Positions 11,605 to 24,232 of a DNA stretch of 64,000 nt are shown here, one piece after another. The translations under genes were made by a program, and so were the position numbers. Source of the DNA: Parasitella parasitica NRRL 2501 (Eukaryota > Fungi > Mucoromycota); NCBI GenBank assembly GCA_025201805.1, contig MU619242.1, positions 57,323 to 121,322 on the forward strand, written 5' to 3'. Under the pieces are notes generated by a model. The model worked only from the letters and a program-made list of their open reading frames with translations, did no database searches and was not told the DNA's origin. Every line of letters starts with the position of its first letter. The stretch's first letter is position 1.

Positions 11605-14195
11605 ATGAATATTGAGAAAAACACTGATAATTGCCATTTCTTGCCATTGTTGGCACCTGATAAATACCAAGGTCGAATTATTCATGTCACTCATCAGATC
11701 CCTTACCAAGCAAGTCATGACATCAAGGAAGACGAAAGACTTCACTGGAGCTTTACTTCTCGGCATGGACATAAAGCCATGTACGCCGGCATGCACTCAT
11801 TGGCAGATGAATGGGAGACACTATGTATCGGTTGGACTGGGAAAATGTATGAAAAATCAACAAGTTCATGTCAAGATGTCAATCAACTAGAGATCGATCA
11901 ATCAACGCTTTCAATGAAGGAAAAGGTTGCCATGGCAACACAGCTTCAGCAAGAATACAACTGCATACCCTTATTTTTAGATGGGGAGAGTATTGCTGGT
12001 CATTATCATGGTTACTGCAAAACCTGTATGTATGAGTACATGCCGATATGCTATTGCTTGCTCAGTCTACTTTTTTTTTTACTAGTACTATGGCCATTAT
12101 TCAATTACATCATTTGGAACGATGCTACTGACGGCCGTATCGAGAAGACCCAATGGAATTTTTATGAAGCAGTGAATCAAAAGTACGCAGATCTGGTTGT
12201 AGAGCAATATCAGACAGGAGACACAATCTGGATTCATGATTATCACCTACTTCTTGTGCCAAATATGGTCCGAAACAAACTTCCCAAAGCACAGATTGGG
12301 TTGTTTGTGCACTCGCCATTCCCTAGTTCAGAAGTTTTTCGATGTTTACCAAGTAAAGTAGTACAGCGATTGAGTTTTATTCAAACTAACTATCCGATCG
12401 GCAATAGAACGACAAGAGATCCTCAAAGGGATGTTGGGTTCCAACCTAGTTGGATTCCAAACATATGCTAATGCAAGACATTTCATTTCGACATCCACCC
12501 GAGTTTTGGGATACGAAAGTTCGCCGGAAGGGGTTGAAAATGACGGGCATTTTTGTCATGTTGGCACATTTCCAATTGGCATCGACGTGGATACTGTAGA
12601 CGCGGCTCGCAAAAGCTCAGATGTTGTGCCAAAGATCAAGGCTATCACGGAAATGTATGCCGACAAAAAGATTCTTGTCGGTAGAGACAAGATTGATTTA
12701 GTGCAAGGTGTGTTGCAGAAATTGGCTGCTTTTGAAAAGTTTCTCTTGGACTATCCAGAATGGCAGAACAGAGTGGTGCTGATTCAGGTAACAGACGCCA
12801 ATTCAACAGACAGCCTGAAGAATGAAAACAAAGTATCAGAAATGGTAGCACACATCAATGGCAATATCGGCAGCTTGGAGTGGAGCCCAGTGTATCATTA
12901 TCACCATCAAATCCATACAGATGATTACTACGCGCTTCTGTCGACAGCAGATGCTGCATTGATCACAGCTGTGAGAGATGGTATGAATACGACATGTTCC
13001 GAATACGTCATGTGTCAACAAGAGAAGCACGGGTCTCTGATTGTTTCCGAATTAACGGGAACTGCAGGCTCAATGGGATCTGCTCTGCTTGTTAATCCTT
13101 GGGACTATTCAGCCGTTGCTAAAGCTATCAACGACGCACTGCTCATGTCTGAAGAAGAAAAAATGGCTAGACATATGGTAAGTGGATTGTTATACATTTA
13201 GTATAGTTTTTCATTAACCTGAGAGCGATATGTCAGCAACTATTAGCGCATGTCAAATCAAACACAACTTCCTTTTGGGCACATTCGTTTGTCAGGATGT
13301 TAGTTCACACCTGCCTCTTATCAGAACAAAGCAAGAACACACCTACGTTAAAACTGGAATATCTTTGTGAGCAATACCGTCATTCAAAAAAGCGATTGAT
13401 TTGCTTTGATTACGATGTAAATAGCAATCCTTGGAGTAGTAACAAAAGTAGCTAATCATCTGATTTTAGGGCACTTTAACTCCAATCAAAAAGACACCTA
13501 TGGCTGCGGTTCCTCCCAAAGATATGCTCCAGTATTTAACAGCTCTATGTCAAGATCCGCAAAACGAAGTATGGATAATCTCTGGTAGAGATGAAAATGC
13601 TTTGAATAACTGGCTAGGACACATTGACAATCTAGGCATGAGTGCAGAGCATGGCTCATTTATGAGATATCCCCATAATAAGAAATGGATTAATCTTACC
13701 GAGCATCTTGACATGAGCTGGAAGAATGACGTGTTAGAGATCTTTACATATTACACTGAGCGCACGACTGGCAGTTTTATTGAGCACAAACGCTGTGCTC
13801 TTACATGGCATTATCGCCTTGCAGATCCAGAATACGGTCCCTTCCAAGCCAAAGAGTGCCAAAACCATCTAGAGCAAGCCATTCTAAGTAAATTACCCGT
13901 TGAAGTACTAGTAGGCAAGAAAAACTTAGAGGTACGACCTACGTCTGTCAATAAGGGCGAGATCCTAAAGAGGTTGCTTGCGTCGTCAAATATACCTTTT
14001 GATTTTGTCATGTGCTGTGGAGACGACCGTACGGACGAAGACATGTTTAAGACGCTGAAGAAATCCGACCTGCACGAGCATCAAAAGTTTGCAGTGTTGA
14101 TTGGCAATGAGGATCAGAAAACACAAGCAAATTGGCTGTTGCCAAACGTACAGCAAGTCATCGAGAGCATGCGCATCATGGCTGAAAGCGTCTAA
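11605..14195 (+). CDS. Trehalose-6-phosphate synthase/phosphatase (GT20 plus HAD phosphatase; Tps2-like)
   Basis: IWIHDYHL, HSPFPSSEVFRCLP, FPIGID, RDGMN, FDYD|GTLTPI (HAD motif split by an intron), SAEHG and GDDRTDEDMF. Multi-exon. Confidence 0.92.
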
Positions 14196-14416
14196 GAAGC
14201 ATTTTTGGGAACTGGAGGAAATGAAAACCTGTTTATTTGGTATTACCCCTAGATCTGATGGATCAAGCCAAAAACTACAAACAACATGTGTGCAAGAAAA
14301 ATGCGCTTTCTTCCTTTTGCTTTTTACTTTTAGAGCCTTATTATAAATACTTTTGACACTGTACATACTAACTGTATTTTTAATTAAATCTTGTCAATAA
14401 ATACCCTTACCTCATT

Positions 14417-15036
14417 ATGCATTTCGAGCATTACTTTATCTTTTTATGGTGCGTATTGCTGAATCTTGTTGAATCAAGCTTATTTTCCACTTCCCAGATA
14501 TCAATTACTCAGGGCAAGTATATCATACGTATATTTCCATACTTTGCATGCAAATTAACATCAAGTAATTTTCTTCGTCGCAGATGTGATTTGGGTATAC
14601 TCCAATTCGTCGACCTTAGCGCACATAGATAACGAATACACTCCTATATTCTACAACATCAATGTGAAAGCAGCTACCAATTTGACGCAACCTAACGAGG
14701 ATGGCCTCAAGGGTGTTTTATACTATTATCAACATGCCGCTGATTGTAATGGCCCTCAGGCACTCGATTCGTCATTGCCTAAGGAGTTACCAAAAATCGC
14801 TCTAATTGACCAAAGAAACAATGGACGCTGCAATGCTTCGATAATTGACAACATTTTAAAAGCCCAATCCCAAGGTGCTGTCGGCGTTGTCATGTATGGC
14901 CCTCAAATTCTCCAAGAGAATAGTAATATAGACCAATCTCCTGTGGTTAGTATTCATTTATGATTGGTATTGGTTCATGGCTCCTTGAATACCGTGTGAC
15001 ACAGCGCACTGCCATGCTTGGCTTTACAGGAGAGAC

Positions 15037-15075
<39 letters not shown>

Positions 15076-15907
15076 AGAAATTTAACCTGATTTGTATACA
15101 TTTAGATACCTTCCGACACCAATATTACTATTATAGTATACTTTGTGGGCGTCCATTTGGGGGAGGAGCTATTCAACAAGGTGATGCTATACAAAAATAT
15201 CGCACCTTCTGCTCTTGGCGCAAATCTAAGTGTGAAACCTTATATACGATTGTTGCTATTACCATCCACTGCGGGTGAGATCAATCCTTGGGAAATCACG
15301 CTCCTGATTATATCGATACTGCTAGTAACAAGCTTTTTAGCTTCAGGTAGATATTGCCACAATAGAGAATATATAGTGTGGCCTTGTTCTAATGTTGTAA
15401 TAGTGGTAATGCACTGGCACATATGGAGAAAGAGAAAAAGACAGCAGCATCTAATCGAGCAGGGCTTGATACCTGTTCCTGTCGAAATGCTGCCTATGGG
15501 TAAGCACATATTTGAAGCATCTCAACTTGAAAAACTGTTTCCCAAGCAAACAAAGATTGATGACAACTATGGAGCTTTAAACGACGATCAACCAGTATGC
15601 GTAATATGTCTGGATACTCTGCTAATAGGATCGACTATTCGACGTCTTCCATGTGAGCATGAGTATCATTGTAAATGCATAGGTTTGTATCTGTAATGTG
15701 GCTTGTCTGGAATGTGCAATTTGCTAATACGAATATGTGTTATATATAGATCCCTGGCTTACAACCAAATGTGCGGAATGCCCTCTTTGTAAATACGATT
15801 GTAGCCAAATACCCAAGGAAACCGCAGAAATCGAGCCACAAAATACTGTTCAAGACAGTACGTCCACCACTAGTCGATGGAAGCAATTGCTATTTTTTAT
15901 TAAATAA
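14417..15907 (+). CDS. Signal peptide / PA domain / transmembrane / RING-H2 E3 ubiquitin ligase (RNF13/RMR-like)
   Basis: N-terminal hydrophobic signal, PA-like KIALI...AQSQGAVGVVMY, a TM helix and RING-H2 CVICLD...LPCEHEYHCKCI|DPWLTTKCAECPLCK. Stop TAA at 15905-15907. Confidence 0.85.
15041..15068. repeat. (GA)n microsatellite (intronic)
   Basis: Perfect GA run visible in the sequence. Confidence 0.95.
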
Positions 15908-17397
15908 TCTTGTGCTTGATTCCTAATGTGTTTTTAAAAGATGTTGAGATTCTGTCCCTGTGCAAGTTTTTTCCAATCAACACAATCTTGCTTGACGTAT
16001 CGTCTTGAGAGATATCTTTGCCTGCAATCCCTTCTTGAATATCATACAAATCTTGAACGCCTTGAATGACCATTCTCTTTCGTTGGCCATTCTCTTCTAA
16101 TTTATCTTTGGGAGGGTACAGAATGCCCTTCAGTCTAAGAACAGTAACAGGTTCTTGAGTGTCATCTGTGCCTGAGAACTTCTTTTCCCATAAAAGCTCT
16201 TGAATCCAGTTTTCAAGACTCTCAATGCTATCGAGTTGCTGATCAAATTGAATGCATATTGTTTGAATGTCCTATTCGAATATGGCATTTAATTATATAT
16301 CAAACACTCTGATTTACTGCAAACTTACGTGGCTGATTTGATGAGCATGACTATTACTGTGGTCTTGAATCTTTTCCGTTTGATATACAAGCGCATCGGC
16401 ATCTTTAACATCGTAGGCATTGATATCAAGCACATAATCTAAAGGAATCCTGCAATGCAATGTTAGCACAAGGTCTTTTTTTGCCGTGAATTCTCTGCAC
16501 ACTTTGATCTTTCGGTAACAATCATATCAGCGACACTGTTGATAGATGCCAAGTCTTGCTTTAATTGATCCAATTCGCTTTCATTCAATAAATCTTTTTT
16601 GTTAATGACTATACGATCAGCGATGGCTACTTGCCTATAATTAATATGAGTAAGAAATCACAGAAGTCGGCAAAATTGCTTACTTTAAAGCCTCGTTGAT
16701 CATGACATTTTCTTTCTTTTCATTCATGTAATCTCTAATATGTTTAGCATCGACCAGAGTGACAATGCCATCCAGGTAGATTTCGCTGCCTAAACCATCA
16801 TCCAGCCAAAACATGGAGGCGATGGGCCCAGGATCGGCCAAACCACTGGTTTCCAACAAGATGTAATCAAACTTTCCTCTTTTTTCCATTAAGTTTTCAA
16901 TAGCTTTTACTCCAACGTCCCTAGAAAGAAAACAAAAATAAGCATTATGATGTATACGACATGTCAGTAGCATACTTTGTGGAACAACATAAGCATCCGT
17001 TTCGAAGTTCTAGCCATTCTTCATAGAGATTACCATCTTGGTTCACAGACAAACTTTTTTCGATATCGCTACCTAAGGATTGATTGAGTATAGAGGCTAT
17101 ACTCCATTCTTGCATTATTTTTGTATTTACTGTCGCCAAACTCGTTCAGAATAACTGCAATTTTTTTGTCGTGTTTCTCCGTCAAAATGTAATTCAATAG
17201 TGTAGTTTTTCCGCTTCCCAAGAATCCTGTATTGTGCATCATCAACGTCAATACTCTGCTCAGTTGATGCGATATATCAGATTTTCTTTTTCTTACCAGT
17301 AACAATAGTAACTGGGATCTTTTTGTGCTGTTCTTCTTCACCAGACGACACTGGTGCTTGACTAATATAAACGATAAATGAATAGTCAATTCTGTTT

Positions 17398-17475
<78 letters not shown>

Positions 17476-17537
17476 CTATCTTACGTTAGTGTGTCTGTTG
17501 GCACAAGGTCCGGAATCTCTTCAAAATCTTCAGACAT
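15900..17537 (-). CDS. ZNG1: COG0523/CobW-family zinc metallochaperone GTPase (ZNG1/CBWD-like)
   Basis: Spliced [13 protein letters not shown]...KIPVTIVTG|[50 protein letters not shown] and [10 protein letters not shown]. About 8 exons. Confidence 0.9.
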
Positions 17538-17899
17538 GCTACTTTGTTTTTATACTAGCAAAAGAAGAAAGACGTAAAGTAAACCATGCTTACCATTTTC
17601 AATGTGAAAAGTACACTAGTCTGTCCCGGACCGGGAGAATTTGCAGTACACATTTGATTCTGCCTATAGTGTCTAATGCTAAGGTACATGTATCCAGTTG
17701 ATGAAATTCTAGAGGTTTTTCCTCTGTATTAAATTGCATCGTTATTAACTAAAGAGATCCTAGAACTAGTTTTATTACATTTTTTGAGTTTATTGACAAA
17801 TTATAAGATTCTTACTGAACAACATGTTTGCATTTCTCATTCAACTGTGAAACGACGTATATGAATGTATGTATAAAGTGAAATTGATAGCTTTTCGGC

Positions 17900-19330
17900 A
17901 AGAGAAAGCAAAAACTTAGTGTTAAAATGGCAATTTGTTCAGGATTAAAATAAAATAGCCATTTCAAAACACTTTGGCAAAGCTACAAAATTATAACAAT
18001 TGCTGCTTTTGACCTTGAAACAAACAATTGATGTAATTTTTAAGATCTGTAGATGGCCAATACCTTGAAAAATTGGGTCATTTGTAGCATCTTAATAATA
18101 ATGCAAAATATAGACTTTCTGTCGAAAAATGCAACTACCTTCAGCTACAGATTATGGGAGGTTCTCAATAAGACTTTTGTTTGTAATATACATACTCACT
18201 TAGAATCATATATCAGATTTTAGAGTTATTGATAAACAAAAATTCAATCAATTCAGGGTAGTGATCGTGATAGCAAATGTTCTTGAAATATACTTGTGTG
18301 CAGACATTACTCGTGAAGCAAGACGAACTTTTAGTGTATGTTTCATATCAAGATATAGTTTATAAATTCCTCCTGTGTATAGTGAGTGGTTCATTTCTCG
18401 GCTGCTAAATGGCCATATAGATGCTGTATTGGTATAAAACGCTCGGATCGCATATAGTATTTTGATTAGCGTCAAGTCCATATACTGCAGATCAGAAAAC
18501 TCAAGATTTCTAACAAATTCCCGACGAAGCAGTAAAAACTGAGACAAGAGGAAAGCAAGCTCATTTCTAAATGAATATCTGAATGATTGCTCTGAGTTAC
18601 TGAGGAAAATCTGGCTAATCAACAAGTTTTGAGCGATTGTAGATTATTCGTTTGTCAGTATTAAAATGGCTCGGTCAACATTGCTGTATCTGTTTTCCTG
18701 TTCTTCTATTTTGCAAACTATTTTCAAGATTTGTGATATGATTCCCATTCCTGGCGAGTGATGAGGAAAGTTCCAAAGGTCAACGAATGCACATACATAG
18801 ATATTCCAAGTGTTGAAAAATAGCTTCCTTCTTCTGCATTAGTTACTGCTTCAGATTGTCTATGTTAACTTTGTCTGCTGCTCCATTGTAGATTTCGCCA
18901 GCTTTATGGACTCTACACCCAGAAACCAGCGGGAAAGAAAGAGGAAGATCAGCTTATGCCAAAGATACCTTCTAGGCAAAGCGTTTAACTCCCTCATGAT
19001 AAATTCAAGTAGCTTAGTGTCTCACACATGAAAGCGAAGGAGGTATTGTGGTCTGTATAGATCCTTTTGCAACCGGCTATTCATTATTCATAGATCATGC
19101 AGTGGGAACAAGGCATACATCAACATGGTTCCAGGGTAGTGTGATATACAAATCTGATCTTGGATAGGTGGTGCCTTTATTAGAGGCTATGGAGACCAAA
19201 CACCACTATTAATATCCATCGTAACGATGTGAAGCTTCAAAAGCTAAGTAATAGAGCAAACACATCATTAAAGAATAACTTTTTGATAAAGCGGTCGCCA
19301 TCATCCATCGTGGCGGCACGATGATGGGAT
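17900..19330 (-). mobile_element. Possible very old LINE RT relic
   Basis: Weak residual motifs on the minus strand: PVAKGSI near 19070 (cf. GVxQGS) and REFVRNLEF (cf. FVRPKLEY). Many stops. Boundaries are uncertain. Confidence 0.3.
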
Positions 19331-19941
19331 TGATTTGAGCGGACCAGCTCGTATATTCCTATGATGGTATAACATATATTGATTATTGATTGCAAAAACC
19401 TTAAATGATGTTTAGAATATGTTTATGGAGTATTACACTTAAGGATATATGTGTAATTTATCTTGTGGAGATCAATGGTGGTCAATTACACGAGTGTATC
19501 AAATTAAGGTTTAATTGGTCAATGTTGGGCTATCTGTGTTGTACCCAAAATCCAACTCTGAGTATTGTAATGCTCTTAATTATGTAAAACTAATAGAATA
19601 TTTTCTTTAACAATCAGACTCTCAACCAGGGGTTTTATTTTATTCTTCTTCACTCTCTCATCTTTACTGGTTTATTATTTCATTTTGGCATTACATTCTA
19701 ATCAAATGGTTCTGTTTGCCATAAGCTTTATAAATTCACCTCACGGCCATGTTGTGCTCTTGTTCAGTATAAATATAGCTGATTGAAGCAGATAGAACGA
19801 TATGTTATTGATTACAACCGAGAAAATGGAAGAGTAAACGGTGTGAACTATTGAGTTGCATTATCACATTTTAGGATTGCAATACTGAAATTCAATGCTG
19901 CTTTTTTCAATAATTGACACAACTCAATACAAAAAAGGCAT

Positions 19942-20374
19942 CTAAGATTGAAGGTAGTTTTGCAGATAACCGTGGTTCAAATCCTTTCGATCGAAAATGA
20001 TACAAATGTCACAAAATTTTAGTATCATCATTTCAATCAGATTATACGTTATATCATAGTGTCCAGCGTCAGCATATTGCCGCTTCTTTTGGATTTCTAA
20101 ATAAGGCTGCATGGCAATCAAGATGTTCTGTATGTAGTCCATGTAATCCAGAGAAATCTCATTCAAAATGACATGATCTAAAAAAAAAGGGGGGGGGGCG
20201 CACTCTACGGATGCCATAGCAAAAGCAAGGACAACTGTATTTACACTTTATGCAGGGAAATGGTGATACATACCACACGATTTGTTTGAAACTGTTGTCC
20301 ACAATTCCTGCTGAGATAACACGTTGTGAAACTATTTGCATGGAATGTTGTGCGAAAAAACCGTCCGTATACAT
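19942..20374 (-). other. Possible small hypothetical gene or gene fragment divergent from BUD6
   Basis: Two adjacent protein-like minus-strand ORFs with a GTATGT donor-like site. No recognisable family. Confidence 0.2.
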
Positions 20375-20446
20375 CTCAATGTAAATAAAGGATGATTCCA
20401 GTTCTTATTATCTCTTTTTACCTAAAAAACGTTCTTTAAAAAACAA

Positions 20447-22755
20447 ATGATGTCGGATACAGCAATGGAAAGTACTCAAAAAATACCCTCGCCAGTAAGC
20501 TGAAATAGTAACCTACTACAACTTTTTTTAAAAAAAATTAACGGCGGATTCTAGATGGTGGATATAGAACAAAGCGTCTCTAAGCTGCTCATGACAACCA
20601 AAAAGTTACTAGAGACGCTCACTGCGTGGTCGTCTGGGACAGCCAAGGATACACAAGTGTATGACGAATACAATGCGCTTGAAGTTCATTTTGCCGGTGC
20701 TACACACGCATTTGAATCCATGTCGTTACCAATAGAGTGAGTAGAGAGTGTTTTATCAGTTGAGGAATGTTTGTGTTCTAAATCCATATTTAAAATAGGG
20801 ATATGCTATATCTACCAGATGATCTGTATGGATGCTTGAAAACCACACTATCAAAAGAGGCGTCTTCGGCCACATTAGAACAGCATTTACCAGCCATTCG
20901 AGACACTATTATCAAATTACTTGGGGCTTTAAAGAAAAAGCAATCTTTATTACGAGAAAGATATGACCCGAGTAATAGCACGACACCTACTTCTACGAGT
21001 ACTGCAGCAAACTCAAAGTTGTCATCCCGCGCAGCACCTCGATTATCACCACTACATACAACGCCTCTTTCCTCCAATCTGATGCCGTTGCCTTCCCCCT
21101 CTTCGTCAACAGAACCATTGAGAATACAGCAGCGACATTCCTTGCCACGATCACCAATATCACCTTCTATTAGAGAAGAGTTTGATATGAATGATTTCAA
21201 AACACAAGACGCAGTAAATGCGTTGACTAGACAGGAAAACTTGGCAAGAAGATCCTCTGTTCGCCGTACGTCCCATCATTTGTCATTCAATACCGTTGAC
21301 AAGCCCCATGTACCTGGTTAGTTATATATATGCATGTAAGATAGAGATATTCAACTTACGTGTATCACTCTAGACACTATTGACATTTATATACGGAAAG
21401 GAGATCAAGTCAAGAAATCTAGTGTCCATGCAGAAATTAAACTGGAGGAGATTCGACAGCTCTTCCGCCATCAGTTTTCCTTCATCAATGAACAGGCATT
21501 TGACATCTACATTTTAGACCCTGCGTCGAATATCGAGTACGAACTGGAAAAATTAAATGACATTAAGCCATACTCTGTTTTATCCTTCAAAGGTATAGAA
21601 AAGTGTAGTCATGATAAATCTATGTCCAAATTCACTAAGCCTGATTTAGAAAAGCTAACGGAAACACAAAGATATGTTGCGACAGACGTTGTTAATGACA
21701 TGAAAAGCTTATTTGATGATACCATGCAGCAAGTTTTGAAGCAGCTCGAAAAAAGAAAATATGCAAGTATACCTCAAGAAAAGATCAAGGAGCAGCAAAA
21801 GGAACTCGAGTCTTTGCGTCGAGATCTAACCAGTATTCACCAATTCCACAACGATTACAAAAAGGAAACAGAGCAGGTCATTGCAGAGTTAAGAGAGAAG
21901 AGCAGTAAAATGACTGCATCTAGTACTGTCGTCATTTTGGACGAAAAGGCACATGCTGAGATGACGGAAAGCAGAGAAGTGACACAAAAAGCTGCTACAC
22001 TCATTACAAGTCGACTCGAAGCTCTTCAGGATACTATCGATCAACTCAAATTGGACGTAACACAGAGAAGATGTCGGCCATCAAAAAACCAATTAGATCA
22101 ATGTAAAGAGGAATCCGATCGATTGAAACTGGACATGGACGATCTCCAAGCTCGCATCAAGAAATTTAAACCCATATGGAAAAAGACATGGGAGGTTGAG
22201 TTACAACAGATTGTCAAGGAGCAGCAGTTTTTAAAGGAACAAGAAGCTTTAGTAGTAGATCTGGCTGACGATTATAAAGCTGTCATAGATTTTTTGGATC
22301 AATTAGTTAAGATATCGCAAATTCAAGAACGTAAAAAGCAACTGGGGGTTGAATTTCGTGTTGCACCTCTGCCGGACGAAGGATTTGAAGGAATGGCCAG
22401 TGTTATAAAGGAAGTCTCAAACATCCATGTTGATCACTCGCGAAGAGTAAAAGCACTAGCGCTAGCAGAATCAAAAAGGTCCAAAGAACTGTCTCAACGA
22501 ATTGATGCATTCGAGAGAGAATTAACTGATTTTGTGGGCCTACGAAAGCTTAAAAAGACTGGAGGTGCTCAAGCCATTGACAAACAACGACAGGAAAAGG
22601 ATTATGCCATCATGAAGCAGACCTTCATCAACAGCTGCAATAATGTTCATGATAAACCGTATCCAGAGGGAGAATCAACGGATCAGGACAATGCTCCTAC
22701 GTCTCCAATAGGAGAAGCTAAAGAGGAAGCCCCTTCAAAGTGTATCGAAACATAG
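20447..22755 (+). CDS. BUD6: Actin-interacting protein 3 / Bud6 polarity protein
   Basis: N-terminal IEQSVSKLLMTTKKLLETLTAWS and AIP3 core LQDTIDQLKLDVTQRRCRP...KPIWKKTWEVELQQIVKEQQFL...KLKKTGG. 5 exons. Confidence 0.9.
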
Positions 22756-22788
22756 AACTATTTGGATTAAATTAGAAGAAATCGACGT

Positions 22789-22870
22789 AGCACAAACGTG
22801 ATGGCATCTCGATTTTCATCGCCATGACGTTATGGGTGCTCAAAGCTTAAAAATCTGAAAAATATAAAAA
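22789..22870 (+). promoter_or_regulatory. Inverted repeat with CRE/ATF-like sites and a TATA-like box upstream of the small ORF
   Basis: AGCAC..AACGTGATGGC / GCCATGACGTT..GTGCT inverted repeat (22789-22840) containing ATGACGT. TATAAAAA at 22863. Confidence 0.35.
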
Positions 22871-22931
22871 GTGGGGAAACATTGTAACTGCATTCCCTTT
22901 TCACCACATCACAATACAAAATAAAGTAATA

Positions 22932-23126
22932 ATGAAGCTTGCCGCTATTTTCAAGTTAAAGGAAGAGAACCTTTTCATCATCTCGACAACAAGCAGCTTC
23001 TGTTCCTGCTGTGGAGTTGATGTTGCTCAATTCAGGTAAGAGAAAACAAGGGTTTTATACATGGAATTCTCTTGATATTCACTATTAATTAGTCATGAGT
23101 ACTGGTGTCGCTTCTCATTGAGTTAA
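22932..23126 (+). CDS. Candidate 45-aa two-exon microprotein with a CxCCG..H..C motif
   Basis: Exon 1 is 22932-23035, then a 57-nt GTAAG..TAG intron (23036-23092), then exon 2 at 23093-23126. Translation: MKLAAIFKLKEENLFIISTTSSFCSCCGVDVAQFSHEYWCRFSLS*. Confidence 0.55.
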
Positions 23127-24232
23127 ACTAGACTATTCGTCAGGCCTACTTGTACTCTGTAACAGAAAGAGTTGATCTCTGACACTACCGCATAACAATT
23201 TTATAACATACTCATCATTTAGTATATACTCCATCAATCTCTCTTTACATACATGCATACCCATTAAATTTTATTAGTTTTATTTTAACTTATTTTTATG
23301 TTCTATTTAAGAAATATGCAATATATGCAATATCCTCTGTTAAAGTTTTCATATGAGCACACTGTTTTTTTTTCTTGTGATCAATCATTATCGAAACTTA
23401 TATCGTTGCCAGAATGATTACCTTTTATGCTATTCATAAGAAAAGATATTTCTATCCCGATTCCGATTCTAAAGCGAGTGTTAACTTGACAATTATCGTC
23501 ACAACTAGAAGATAAAAGAATAAAATTTGGAATATGGAAACTATTCTTCTGCTAGCTAACATGTTTTGGATAGATGTGCCTAGCGGAATTCCTGGATCTG
23601 AATTTTTGTTTACGTTTAACTCAAGCAGATGGAAGCCCTGAAATGGAAATAATACCTAGCAAAGTACACAGGCTATCCTATCGTATGAACAATATGTTGA
23701 AAAACGCTGTGTGATCATTTGTCTGCTAACATCTTTGTTTACAAAAAAAGACAGCATGATTCATTAATTATATCATAACAAAAAATTCCTCATATCTAAA
23801 TCGATGCTTTAATGAAAGCTTTGAGACAATAGAGGCTACGTTTGCGGAATAATCTGTTTTATCAAAGTCCTTCAAGCTAAACACGTTGTCTATCTTAACG
23901 CCACATGTACAAAAAGCAGTGTCTGATGAAAGCTCTGTTATTGCTTAGATGGAAAAAGTGTTTGAAGTGCTAAACCAGCTATTATTTTGCTCTTTTTTGG
24001 AAATTCCAAGACAATGGAACGTTTTACCCGTATAAACGGTTGTATTTCTTTCTCGTAACGCAAATTACCATATATACTCTTTTTTCACCGTACCCGCAAT
24101 GCATATATTCGGTTTTCCGGGCAAAAAAAGGAGTTTATGGTAATAGTGCAACAACGAATATCAAACAAGTATTTTAGTTGTGATTTCTTATCCTTGCCTT
24201 TGTTTTTAATAAGAAAAAAATAAAGAAGATCG

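Noticed and set aside
17378-17701. 107-aa ORF with poly-K/F and the alternating poly-A/poly-T block
   Set aside because: It overlaps a ZNG1 intron and first exon on the opposite strand. The long homopolymers here and at 6862, 50119 and 53006 are low-complexity and probably of unreliable length.
19972-19986. GGTTCAAATCC resembling a tRNA T-loop / B-box
   Set aside because: No acceptor stem, D-arm or anticodon arm can be folded around it.
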